In this document: positions 22,061-31,290 of the stretch, one piece after another
How positions within the stretch are numbered: the first letter of the stretch is position 1
Layout: each line of letters begins with the position of its first letter
Assembly (NCBI GenBank): GCA_024234615.1
Contig: JACKNY010000001.1
Coordinates: forward strand, 774,334 to 838,333
Direction of reading: 5' to 3'
Length of the DNA: 64,000 nucleotides
From: Pseudomonadales bacterium
GTDB lineage: Bacteria; Pseudomonadota; Gammaproteobacteria; Pseudomonadales; IMCC2047
Program-made: the position numbers and the translations under genes
Notes under the pieces: model-generated
What the model was told of the DNA's origin: nothing
Seen by the model: only the letters and a program-made list of their open reading frames with translations
Database searches by the model: none

Positions 22061-23911
22061 TTATAGTTCGTAACGTACCGAAATTGCCGCTGTCATTCCC
22101 TCGGTTTCAAAAGGCTGGATCAAACGGTATTCTTGGTCGAATAGATTGTTAATCTTCAATGCTAGGCTTAGTTCGTTATTGATTTGATAACGGGCACGCA
22201 GATCGACTGTTCCATAACCGCTCAGCCGATCTTTTCTGCCGTCGAAATCTTGATCCTGATCCAGGCGATAACTTTGTACCTGCCAAAACAACGCAAAATC
22301 GAGTTTGCCAAATTGTCTAGAGATGTCCAGATTGGCACTGGCGCGTGAACGCCTGATTAGTAGGCTGTCGTCACTCTTATCGCGTGGGTCGGTGTAAGTT
22401 AGCGTCACTGCTGTACGCCAGCCGAACAGATCAAGATTGGCGCCAACTTCACCACCTAATATCTCGGCTTCAGCGACGTTGGCAACAGTTGAATAATCGT
22501 TACTTAGGCTAATGAGATCATCAATATCGGTTTGATAGAGAGAGGCGAACCAACCGATGTTGCCGGTTTGGCCGCGCACCATTAGCTCCACGGATTCGGA
22601 CTCTTCTGGTGTGAGATTCGGGTTGCCCTCAAAGGTAAAGCACGAACCGAAGAAACAGCCAAAATCGGTGAAGGGAAAATAGAGATCATTAAAGGTGGGG
22701 GATTTAAACCCCGTGCCATAGGAGAGGCTCACCAGAATATCATCCGTCAGGTCATAGCCGATAGCGAGGTTCCCGGTTTCGTAACTGCCGAAGGCTTCAT
22801 TGTCATCGGTGCGTAATCCTGCTTCGAGGGTCCAGCGTTCGATTTTGCCGAGATACTGAGCAAACCAGGAGTGATTATCGCGCTCGTTCTCAATAAAGTT
22901 TGCGCTGCTACTGACATCATCGATGTGGTAATCGTAACCGAAACTTAACTGATGGTTTTCCGCCATAGAGTAGTCCAATTGTAGCGTGGCTGAATCCCGG
23001 GTGGTTTCGAACAGGGCGGGGGAAAATCCGAAGGAATAGGTTTTGTCGCGGTAGCGTCCGAATTGAGCTTTAAGCTTGAGGTCATCCCGGATGGGAAGTG
23101 AAATCGATAGATCACGACTTTCGTTGATGAAATCGGTTGAGTCATTGCTGCCGTCAAGCTCGGTATTGCCTTCGCTACGCAGATAGCTCATTGCCAGGGA
23201 GATACCGTTAGCGAACTCATGTTGAATATTGGCTGATAGGGCCGATTCACGGTAGCCATCCTTGTCGGTGTCGGCGCCACTGTTGTCGTAGGTACGGTCA
23301 TAGCCTTCCGATTCTGTATAGGATCCGTTCAGGCTATAGGACGTGTTACCGTATAGCCCGCGCACTCCGGCCTGGCTGATGTGGGTATCATGTGAGCCGT
23401 AGCTGAAGTCGAGATAGGGTTTGAATTCTCCTTTGCCTTTTTTTGTAAAAATCTGCACGACACCACCAATAGCATCGCTACCGTAGAGACTGGAGCGTGG
23501 CCCGCGCACTAATTCAACCCGTTCAATCTGAGTGACGGGCAAGTGTGTTAATGCGGTGGTACCGCTGGTAGCGCTGGCAGCACGGACGCCATCAATCAAG
23601 ACTAAGACGTGGTCATTCTCTGTGCCGCGCAGGCGCAACGAGGTGAGGCTGCCTAGACCGCCACTGTGATCGATATCGAGGCCGGGAATATGATCGAGCA
23701 GTTCCGGTAGGCTTTGCGCCTGTGCTCTATCTATCTCAACTTCGGATAAAATTACCGCGGATGAAAGGCTGTTTTTCAGTGCTTGTTCAGAGCGAGTAGC
23801 GGTGACCAGAATATGATCATCCAACCGCTGTTCCGCTTGCGTTATGATGGGGGTAAATGCCGTGGCTGTGGCAACGGCGACTGCAATTAAATTTTTCATG
23901 AGAATCCTCAA
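22061..23911 (-). CDS. btuB: TonB-dependent outer-membrane cobalamin receptor
   Basis: Signal peptide, TonB box (ILVTATR), plug + beta-barrel, terminal ..VRYEL; directly downstream of a cobalamin riboswitch. Confidence 0.8.
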   Translation of the reverse strand: MRILMKNLIAVAVATATAFTPIITQAEQRLDDHILVTATRSEQALKNSLSSAVILSEVEIDRAQAQSLPELLDHIPGLDIDHSGGLGSLTSLRLRGTENDHVLVLIDGVRAASATSGTTALTHLPVTQIERVELVRGPRSSLYGSDAIGGVVQIFTKKGKGEFKPYLDFSYGSHDTHISQAGVRGLYGNTSYSLNGSYTESEGYDRTYDNSGADTDKDGYRESALSANIQHEFANGISLAMSYLRSEGNTELDGSNDSTDFINESRDLSISLPIRDDLKLKAQFGRYRDKTYSFGFSPALFETTRDSATLQLDYSMAENHQLSFGYDYHIDDVSSSANFIENERDNHSWFAQYLGKIERWTLEAGLRTDDNEAFGSYETGNLAIGYDLTDDILVSLSYGTGFKSPTFNDLYFPFTDFGCFFGSCFTFEGNPNLTPEESESVELMVRGQTGNIGWFASLYQTDIDDLISLSNDYSTVANVAEAEILGGEVGANLDLFGWRTAVTLTYTDPRDKSDDSLLIRRSRASANLDISRQFGKLDFALFWQVQSYRLDQDQDFDGRKDRLSGYGTVDLRARYQINNELSLALKINNLFDQEYRLIQPFETEGMTAAISVRYEL

Positions 23912-23984
23912 TAGCTGTAAAAATTAAGCGATCGAGGGAGGGGAAATCGTTTGAAGCTGAAGCTTAGAAGGCATGATCAGCTAC

Positions 23985-24185
23985 AGATGAAGCCCTCCGC
24001 TACATCGTTCGAGAACTGTTCAAGGCCGGTTCCGGGCTTCTCACAAATATTGCGATTCACCGTTGCGGGGGCAGCGTTGGTTTAGCAGTAGGTCAGCCAA
24101 TCACAGACCAGTGCGCACCAAACTTCCCGTTTAACTCAGCGCTCTAATTTGGCAAATAGAGCGTTAAGCACCTTATACAGGGACA
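23985..24185 (-). promoter_or_regulatory. Cobalamin (B12) riboswitch in the btuB-cob leader
   Basis: Minus strand contains AAACGGGAAGUUUGGUGCG..., GCUGCCCCCGCAACGGUGA and B12-box-like GAAGCCCGGAACCGGCC (24040-24024) in the canonical order; GGAGGG/CCCUCC pairing potential near the RBS. Confidence 0.85.
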
Positions 24186-24188
24186 GTG

Positions 24189-24218
24189 AATATAACAGGT
24201 TCTACTTTGGCTTAGCAA
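24189..24218 (-). promoter_or_regulatory. Predicted sigma70 promoter of the riboswitch/btuB operon
   Basis: Minus strand TTGCTA - 18 nt - TATATT just upstream of the riboswitch. Confidence 0.4.
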
Positions 24219-24301
24219 TGACAAGAATTGAAATTAATCGCTAGGCCAGCATAGTGTCACATGTTTCAATAGCCCTATAACTATTGTTGGTAGCGAAAAT
24301 A

Positions 24302-25135
24302 ATGGATATGAAAGTTGATTTGCATTGTCATACAAATCTTTCAGATGGGGTGTTATCGCCGACAGAATTAGTACGCTATGCGGGCGCTTTGGATATCGAA
24401 ATGCTGGCACTTACCGATCATGACCGAGCTGATATATTGCCAGAGGTAAGTGCCATCGCACAATCGCTGTCAATCCAGTTGATCGCTGGTATTGAACTGT
24501 CGAGTCAGTGGCGCAAAAGTGGAGTTCACATTGTCGGGCTAGGGGTCGCGCTCGACAGTGAGGTTTTACAACAGGTGGTAGCAAGACAAACACAAACGAG
24601 AGAATTGCGAGCACAGGAAATTGGTGAGCGTCTAGCGAAATTAAACATCGAAGATAGTTACGCGCAGGCCAAAGCTATCGCTGCCGAGAGCCAGATTGGA
24701 CGCCCACATTTCGCACAGTACTTGGTAGAAACCGGACAGGTTAAGGATCTAAAGACCGCTTATAAAAGATATTTGGGGGTGGGCAAGGCTGGTGATGTGA
24801 AGAGTTTTTGGCCACAGCTGGAGGAGGTTGTGGATTGGATACATGCTGCCAACGGCTATGCGGTTCTGGCGCATCCGGCGAAATATAAATTAACGCGACG
24901 CAAACTCGACACGCTTTGCCGGGATTTTAAGGACGCGGGAGGTGATGGCATAGAGGTAGTGTCTGGTATGCAAACCAAGGATGTAACCGATTATCATGAA
25001 CAGCTGTGTAAAAAATACTCTTTTTATGCGTCCTGCGGGAGTGATTTTCATGGTCCAGTTTCCTCCTGGCATGATTTGGGAAAGATGTCCGTTATACCCA
25101 CGTCCTGTGTCCCGATATGGGATCTTTGGCGTTAA
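24302..25135 (+). CDS. trpH: PHP-domain phosphoesterase (TrpH/YciV, RNase AM-like)
   Basis: MDMKVDLHCHTNLSDG PHP motif; LTDHD; ATG 24302 preferred over TTG 24284. Confidence 0.8.
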   Translation: MDMKVDLHCHTNLSDGVLSPTELVRYAGALDIEMLALTDHDRADILPEVSAIAQSLSIQLIAGIELSSQWRKSGVHIVGLGVALDSEVLQQVVARQTQTRELRAQEIGERLAKLNIEDSYAQAKAIAAESQIGRPHFAQYLVETGQVKDLKTAYKRYLGVGKAGDVKSFWPQLEEVVDWIHAANGYAVLAHPAKYKLTRRKLDTLCRDFKDAGGDGIEVVSGMQTKDVTDYHEQLCKKYSFYASCGSDFHGPVSSWHDLGKMSVIPTSCVPIWDLWR

Positions 25136-25271
25136 ATTCACGGTTGTCTTGATCAAAGGTGCTGCTGGGGTAAAAAATTCCTGCTAACTTAGGCAAAAAT
25201 CTGCGTAATTAGCGCTTGCCAGAATTGTCCGAAATCGTTAGATTGCCAGCCCAATTGGAAAATCAACGTTT

Positions 25272-25892
25272 ATGAGCCAGTTCTTCACCATACATCCCGA
25301 TAACCCGCAAAGCCGCTTGATTACACAGGCGGTGGAGATTATTAATGGTGGCGGTGTTATCGTTTATCCGACTGATTGCGCTTATGCGCTGGGCTGTCAT
25401 ATTGGTGATAAGTCCGCAGTAGATCGTATCCGTCGAATTCGCAAATTGGATGACAAACACAACTTCACCCTGATCTGTCGTGATTTGTCAGATGTTTCAA
25501 CCTATGCCAAGGTGGACAATACAACTTATCGTCTGCTGAAAGCTCATACTCCCGGCGCATATACCTTTATTTTACGTGCCACCAGCGAAGTACCGCGTCG
25601 CCTGTTACATCCGAAGCGGCGCACTATTGGTTTACGTATTCCAGATCATCGAATTACACAGGCGTTACTTGAACAGTTGGGCGAACCCATGATGAGTTCC
25701 TCGTTAATTTTGCCCGGACAGGATCTACCTTTGACTGAACCTTACGATATTAGAGAAGTGCTGGAGCATTCCGTCGATTTGGTGATTGACGGTGGATACT
25801 GCGGTATGGAGGCAACAACGGTAGTGAATTTGATCGAGGAAATCCCCTCTCTGGTGCGGGTTGGTGTTGGTGACCCCAGTCCTTTTGAATAG
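25272..25892 (+). CDS. yciO: YrdC/Sua5-domain protein, YciO-like (threonylcarbamoyl-AMP synthase family)
   Basis: 206 aa, single YrdC-like domain (VIVYPTDCAYALGC...R..KLDDKHNFTLIC). Confidence 0.8.
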   Translation: MSQFFTIHPDNPQSRLITQAVEIINGGGVIVYPTDCAYALGCHIGDKSAVDRIRRIRKLDDKHNFTLICRDLSDVSTYAKVDNTTYRLLKAHTPGAYTFILRATSEVPRRLLHPKRRTIGLRIPDHRITQALLEQLGEPMMSSSLILPGQDLPLTEPYDIREVLEHSVDLVIDGGYCGMEATTVVNLIEEIPSLVRVGVGDPSPFE

Positions 25893-26034
25893 TCCTTTTG
25901 TGCACTACGTCGCAATGCTCTGCTAAATAAAGCGCCTGTCGGATGCAGTTACTTTGCTCATTCAACGTAATCCTCGGTATAATGCGGCAGTCAAAATTGT
26001 CACCCGAAATATCTTAATAGGTTAGGAGTTAAGT

Positions 26035-27249
26035 TTGTCCGTTACCCCATCTAAACACCGCGTTTTATCTGGTATGAGACCGACCGGAAAGCTACATTTA
26101 GGCCATTATCATGGCGTCCTCAAAAACTGGGTCAAATTACAGCACGAAAGTGAATGTTTTTTCTGCATCGTTGATTGGCATGCTTTGACGACGCATTATG
26201 ATAATCCGCACGATATCCAACAGCATGTTTGGGATATGGCGATTGACTGGTTGGCAGCGGGGATTAATCCCGGTTCAGCAACTATTTTTATTCAATCCCG
26301 TGTATTGGAACATGCTGAACTGCATCTGTTATTGTCAATGATTACACCGCTGAGCTGGCTGGAGCGGGTGCCGACTTACAAAGAACAGCAGGAGAAGATC
26401 AAGGATAAGGACCTCGCCACCTATGGCTTTTTAGGTTATCCCTTGTTACAGGCGGCCGACATACTGGTATACCGTGCGGGCTCAGTGCCGGTGGGTGCCG
26501 ATCAGGTGCCACATGTGGAAATGTGTCGCGAGATTGCACGCCGTTTCAATCACCTGTATGGCCGTGATGCCGGTTTTGAGGAGCAGGCGGAGGCCGCCAT
26601 CAAAAAGATGGGTAAAAAAGCATCCAAAGCCTATCAACAGCTGAAAAAGCAATTTCAGCAACAGGGCGATCTGGAGGCGCTGGAGAGAGCGGCTGCGTTA
26701 GTTGAGGAGCAGCAAAATATTTCTCTGAGTGATCGCGAACGCTTGATTGGTTTTATTGAAGGCGGTGGTAAGGTGATTTTACCGGAACCTAAGGCACTAC
26801 TGACCCCGGAGTCTAAAATGCCCGGTTTGGATGCGCAAAAAATGTCGAAGTCCTATGGTAATACAATTGCTTTGCGTGAAGAACCGGATATGGTTGAACA
26901 GAAAATTCGCACCATGCAGACGGATCCAGCGCGGGTGCGGCGAACCGATCCCGGCGATCCGGACAAATGCCCGGTATGGCAGTTACATGAAATTTATTCC
27001 GACGAAAAGACCCAAAACTGGGTGCAGGAAGGGTGTCGCAGTGCGGGTATCGGTTGTATCGATTGTAAGCAGCCGGTGATTGAAGCGATTAATGCGGAGT
27101 TGGAGCCGATGAGGGTGCGGGCGAAGGAATATGAAGACAATCCCGATATAGTACGAGGTATTCTCGCAGAGGGGTGTGAAGCCGCAAGGGACGAGGCTCG
27201 CCAGACCATGGAAACAGTACGGGCGGCCATGGGGCTTCTTTACCGTTAA
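26035..27249 (+). CDS. trpS: Tryptophan--tRNA ligase (long form with ~70-aa insertion and C-terminal 4-Cys motif)
   Basis: HIGH-type motif GKLHLGHYHG, KMSKS; TTG start 7 nt after AGGAG. Confidence 0.92.
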   Translation: MSVTPSKHRVLSGMRPTGKLHLGHYHGVLKNWVKLQHESECFFCIVDWHALTTHYDNPHDIQQHVWDMAIDWLAAGINPGSATIFIQSRVLEHAELHLLLSMITPLSWLERVPTYKEQQEKIKDKDLATYGFLGYPLLQAADILVYRAGSVPVGADQVPHVEMCREIARRFNHLYGRDAGFEEQAEAAIKKMGKKASKAYQQLKKQFQQQGDLEALERAAALVEEQQNISLSDRERLIGFIEGGGKVILPEPKALLTPESKMPGLDAQKMSKSYGNTIALREEPDMVEQKIRTMQTDPARVRRTDPGDPDKCPVWQLHEIYSDEKTQNWVQEGCRSAGIGCIDCKQPVIEAINAELEPMRVRAKEYEDNPDIVRGILAEGCEAARDEARQTMETVRAAMGLLYR

Positions 27250-27263
27250 GGCGGCTATTAACC

Positions 27264-28130
27264 ATGACTGGTGCGGCACAGGATTCCACAGAAAAAACAG
27301 AGTTAGTTGAAAATGCTGAGGCTGCTGTGGGGTTATCTGCCGCCCATCCACAGAAACAACAGGAGATGCCCTTTGCGATCGTTGAGGGCAAACCCTATAC
27401 CCAAATCCCCCAGGATCTCTATATTCCGCCGGATGCGCTGGAAGTTATTTTGGAGGCCTTTGAAGGACCGTTGGATTTACTGCTCTATCTGATCAAGCGA
27501 CAGAACCTTGATATTCTCAATATCAATGTTTCTAAGATTACGGATCAGTATATGCAGTACGTCGAGTTAATGAAGTCGATTCAGTTGGAGCTGGCGGCGG
27601 AGTACCTGGTGATGGCGGCGATGCTGGCGGAAATTAAATCCAGAATGCTATTGCCTCGTCATGCCATTCTGGAAGAAGACGAGGGTGATCCGCGTGCGGA
27701 ATTGATTCGCCGATTGCAGGAATATGAGCGCTACAAACAGGCTGCTGAAGACATTGATGAGCTGCCGCGCCTCGAACGAGATCTGTTCCTGGCGAGCGCC
27801 GAAGTGCCGCCATTCGAGAGCAATAAGCCGTTGCCAGATGTGACGTTGAAGGAGTTAATGCTCAGTTTGTCCTTGGTGCTAAAACGTGCGGAAATGTTTG
27901 AAAGTCACTCAGTGCAGATGGAAAAGCTCTCCACACGTGAGCGCATGTCGCATATTCTTACGCGGTTGCAGGGAAATCAGTTTGTGCCCTTTATTAGTCT
28001 GTTTACTGTTGAAGAAGGACGGCGTGGTGTAGTGGTGACTTTTTTGGCGATGATGGAATTGATCAAGGAATCTTTAATTGAAATTGTCCAGAATGAGATG
28101 TTTGGACCAATTCATATTAAAGCACGCTAA
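27264..28130 (+). CDS. scpA: Segregation and condensation protein A
   Basis: FEGPLDLLLYLIKRQNLDILNINVSKIT kleisin N-terminal motif. Confidence 0.85.
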   Translation: MTGAAQDSTEKTELVENAEAAVGLSAAHPQKQQEMPFAIVEGKPYTQIPQDLYIPPDALEVILEAFEGPLDLLLYLIKRQNLDILNINVSKITDQYMQYVELMKSIQLELAAEYLVMAAMLAEIKSRMLLPRHAILEEDEGDPRAELIRRLQEYERYKQAAEDIDELPRLERDLFLASAEVPPFESNKPLPDVTLKELMLSLSLVLKRAEMFESHSVQMEKLSTRERMSHILTRLQGNQFVPFISLFTVEEGRRGVVVTFLAMMELIKESLIEIVQNEMFGPIHIKAR

Positions 28131-28165
28131 CAGGGGTGATGAGAGAATATAGTGAGTAATTGATT

Positions 28166-28849
28166 ATGAGCGAGCAGGCACAGTTAAAACGTATCATTGA
28201 AGGCGCGCTGTTAGCGGCGGGCGAGCCTCTGTCTGTGGAGCGCTTGAGTATGTTATTTGCCGATAGCGAACGTCCCGCTCATCCAGATATTCGTGCGGCG
28301 CTGAAGGAGATGGTAACAGAGTACGAAGGACGTGGATTTGAACTGAAAGAGGTGGCGAGTGGCTGGCGCTTTCAAGTATGTCAGGATCTCGGTACCTGGG
28401 TGAGTCGACTGTGGGAAGAAAAACCTGCGCGTTACTCCCGGGCACTATTAGAAACCTTAGCCCTGATGGCTTACCGCCAACCGGTAACGCGGGGTGAAAT
28501 TGAAGAGGTGCGGGGGGTCAGTGTCAGCTCAAATATCATTCGTACGTTGCTGGAACGAGAGTGGATCAGGGTTGTTGGCCATCGGGATGTGCCAGGACGT
28601 CCGGCAATGTATGTCACCACCAAGCTTTTTTTAGATTACTTTAATTTGAAGACATTATCCGATTTACCTTCACTCGCAGAAATTCGCGACCTCGATAAAA
28701 TTAATGCGGAATTGAATTTTGCGGACATGGCGATGGATCAGGCAGAGTCCAAGCACGAGCAGGGTGCCATGATTGACATTGAAGAGCCCTTTGAAATTGT
28801 CGAAAATGAAGACAATGATATGACATCACAGCCACAAGTGCTTGACTGA
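28166..28849 (+). CDS. scpB: Segregation and condensation protein B
   Basis: IIEGALLAAGEPLS.., two winged-helix modules (RYSRALLETLALMAYRQPVTRGEIEEVRG). Confidence 0.85.
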   Translation: MSEQAQLKRIIEGALLAAGEPLSVERLSMLFADSERPAHPDIRAALKEMVTEYEGRGFELKEVASGWRFQVCQDLGTWVSRLWEEKPARYSRALLETLALMAYRQPVTRGEIEEVRGVSVSSNIIRTLLEREWIRVVGHRDVPGRPAMYVTTKLFLDYFNLKTLSDLPSLAEIRDLDKINAELNFADMAMDQAESKHEQGAMIDIEEPFEIVENEDNDMTSQPQVLD

Positions 28850-28932
28850 AAATTGTGTTGGCGGGCGTCTAAAAACGCTGTACACGTATCTATTCAAAGG
28901 CTCCCTAACAGTAAGCACAGCAGAGAGAATTC

Positions 28933-29751
28933 ATGACGGAAGGCGAAAAGCTACAAAAAGTATTGGCGCGAGCGGGATTAGGTTCACGCCGCGAAATCGA
29001 GGGCTGGATTGCAGCAGGCAGATTACGGGTGGGAGGTCAGGTCGCAAAATTAGGCGACCGGGTGAAGGGGGATGAAAGAATTAGCCTGGACGGCCATCTT
29101 GTCAAGTTAAATACTGATGCCGAACCGAGCACAAAAATATTACTCTATAACAAACCCGAAGGTGAAATTTGTACTACCAAAGATCCCGAGGGAAGACCCA
29201 GTGTGTTCAGTCGTTTACCGAAGCTCAAAGACAGTCGTTGGATTGCCGTTGGGCGACTGGATTTTAATACTTCGGGATTATTATTGTTTACTACGGATGG
29301 TGAATTGGCGAACAAACTTATGCACCCATCATCCCAAATTGACCGTGAATATTTGGTGCGGGTGCTGGGCAATGTGACAGAAGAGGCCAAACAGCGACTC
29401 TTGGCTGGTGTAGAACTGGAAGACGGAACCGCGCAATTTACCGATATTGTTAAGGCGCAGGGTGAAGGCGCGAATCGCTGGTATTATGTCTGCTTGATGG
29501 AAGGGCGTAATCGCGAAGTGCGTCGCCTTTGGGAGTCCGAAGGTATTAAGGTAAACCGGCTCAAACGGGTACGCTTCGGCCCTGTATTTATGCCATCGCG
29601 ACTGAAGGTTGGACAATGGGAATACTTGGAGCAAAAGGATGTTGATGTAATATATGACTTGGTGGGTTTGCCGAAGCGCAAGGTCTCCTTGCCATCGAAG
29701 CAGCAAAAAACTGATCAAGAGCGGCAGCAGCGGCGCAAACCGAGACGTTAA
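28933..29751 (+). CDS. rluB: 23S rRNA pseudouridine synthase B (RsuA/RluB family)
   Basis: S4 domain (KLQKVLARAGLGSRREIE) + catalytic GRLDFNTSGLLLFT; basic C-terminal tail. Confidence 0.85.
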   Translation: MTEGEKLQKVLARAGLGSRREIEGWIAAGRLRVGGQVAKLGDRVKGDERISLDGHLVKLNTDAEPSTKILLYNKPEGEICTTKDPEGRPSVFSRLPKLKDSRWIAVGRLDFNTSGLLLFTTDGELANKLMHPSSQIDREYLVRVLGNVTEEAKQRLLAGVELEDGTAQFTDIVKAQGEGANRWYYVCLMEGRNREVRRLWESEGIKVNRLKRVRFGPVFMPSRLKVGQWEYLEQKDVDVIYDLVGLPKRKVSLPSKQQKTDQERQQRRKPRR

Positions 29752-29804
29752 TAGGGGTGGTTGCAGGACATTTTTAATCTGAACTCAACAAAAGAGGAAT
29801 AGTT

Positions 29805-30311
29805 ATGGCAACAGTGACTTTTAAAGGAACAGCAATAAATACGTATGGTGATTTGCCAGCGGTCGGTAGTGTCGCGCCGGATTTTGAATTGGTAGCGACG
29901 GATCTGGCAGACCGTGGTTTAGCGGATTTCCCAGGCAAACGTCTCATCAATATAGTGCCGAGTTTGGATACGCCAGTCTGTGCATCCTCCACGCGCGAAT
30001 TTCATCGTTTAGCATCGAGCGTTGATAATGCCAAAGTATTGGTGGTTTCGATGGACCTGCCTTTTGCGCAAGGACGGTTTTGCACCACTGAAGGTTTGCC
30101 AGATGTTGTCGCCCTATCAATGTTGCGTACCCGTAAATTTGCGAAAGATTACGGTGTCTTGCTGACTGAAGGTCCTTTGCGCGGCCTATGTGCACGTGCG
30201 GTGGTCGTGATAGATTCTTCGGGCAAAGTGGCTTATTCCGAATTGGTGCCTGAAATCACACAGGAACCAAACTATGAAGCGGCGATTGCAGCATTGAAAG
30301 CAGCGAGTTAA
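29805..30311 (+). CDS. tpx: Thiol peroxidase
   Basis: 168 aa; PSLDTPVC peroxidatic Cys context, second Cys in FCTTEG. Confidence 0.9.
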   Translation: MATVTFKGTAINTYGDLPAVGSVAPDFELVATDLADRGLADFPGKRLINIVPSLDTPVCASSTREFHRLASSVDNAKVLVVSMDLPFAQGRFCTTEGLPDVVALSMLRTRKFAKDYGVLLTEGPLRGLCARAVVVIDSSGKVAYSELVPEITQEPNYEAAIAALKAAS

Positions 30312-30319
30312 CCAGGAGG

Positions 30320-30787
30320 ATGTCAAAGGCAACGAACATGTTGAATTCTGAGCAGTCACAGCAAGGCGGCGGTGAAGTCTTTATTACGCGGCGGCTGGTA
30401 CGCTTCGGTGATGTTGATCCGGCGGGAATTGCTTATTATCCGCGGATTAATAACTTTATCCATGAGGCCTTTGAAAATCTTTGGGAAGAATATATTGGCG
30501 AGCGCTATTATCTGTTAATTCAGGAAAAGCGTATCGCCTTCCCAATGGTGCATACAGAAATTGATTTTCGCGCTCCGCTGCGATTTGGCGACCGTCCGGT
30601 GATCAAGGTTACCTGTTTTCATCTGGGCCGCAGCTCGTTGGGTATTCGTTATGTATTTGATGTCAATGGTGTTATTTGTGTTGACGCAAAAACCAAGACC
30701 ACCTGTATAGATGCGGATAAACTCAAAAGTCAGCCTATACCAGATGTTTATCGTAAACCGTTGGGGCGTATCTTTAAGCCTTTGTGA
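30320..30787 (+). CDS. 4HBT/YbgC-like hotdog-fold acyl-CoA thioesterase
   Basis: VRFGDVDPAGIAYYPR catalytic-Asp motif of 4HBT thioesterases; start uncertain (AGGAGG abuts ATG 30320; alternative ATG 30338). Confidence 0.7.
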   Translation: MSKATNMLNSEQSQQGGGEVFITRRLVRFGDVDPAGIAYYPRINNFIHEAFENLWEEYIGERYYLLIQEKRIAFPMVHTEIDFRAPLRFGDRPVIKVTCFHLGRSSLGIRYVFDVNGVICVDAKTKTTCIDADKLKSQPIPDVYRKPLGRIFKPL

Positions 30788-30822
30788 GTGGTGCTAAGGT
30801 CGGTGTCAATGATGGGGGAACA

Positions 30823-31290
30823 ATGAAGACAATATCAGCGCCATTTCTGAATCATCAATGGTTAGAGGATTTTTCTCTAGGCGACCGCTTTGAGTATGGT
30901 TGCTGGGAAATGAAAATAGAGGATATGCTAGCATTTGCGCGTCTTTATGATCCAGAGCCATTCCATCTGGATGAAATCAAAGCAAGAGCGTTAGGTTGGG
31001 ATGGGGTTATCGCCTCAGGGCCACAAATATCAGCGATCTGGCGCAGAATGAGTAAGGATGCCTTTCCCAATGCCCAGATCATTGTATCGCCGGGCTGGGA
31101 TAGTATCCGTTGGTTTAAGCCGGTTTATGCGGGCGATGTGTTGCGCTCAGAAACGGAAATAACCGAAGCACGGCAACTCAAAAGCCGGGATCACGAGGGC
31201 ATGATCAAGCTCGATAACCGGATTCTGCGTGGCGAAGAGCTGGTTTCGCAGCTTTCTTCGACTTGGTTTATGCGCTGTAGGCCAGCCTAG
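30823..31290 (+). CDS. MaoC-like (R-hydratase fold) hotdog protein
   Basis: MaoC dehydratase-like pattern (FARLYDPEPFHLD...GxxIASG); ATG 30823 after GGGGGA preferred; GTG 30784 (4-nt overlap with upstream gene) is the alternative. Confidence 0.65.
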   Translation: MKTISAPFLNHQWLEDFSLGDRFEYGCWEMKIEDMLAFARLYDPEPFHLDEIKARALGWDGVIASGPQISAIWRRMSKDAFPNAQIIVSPGWDSIRWFKPVYAGDVLRSETEITEARQLKSRDHEGMIKLDNRILRGEELVSQLSSTWFMRCRPA

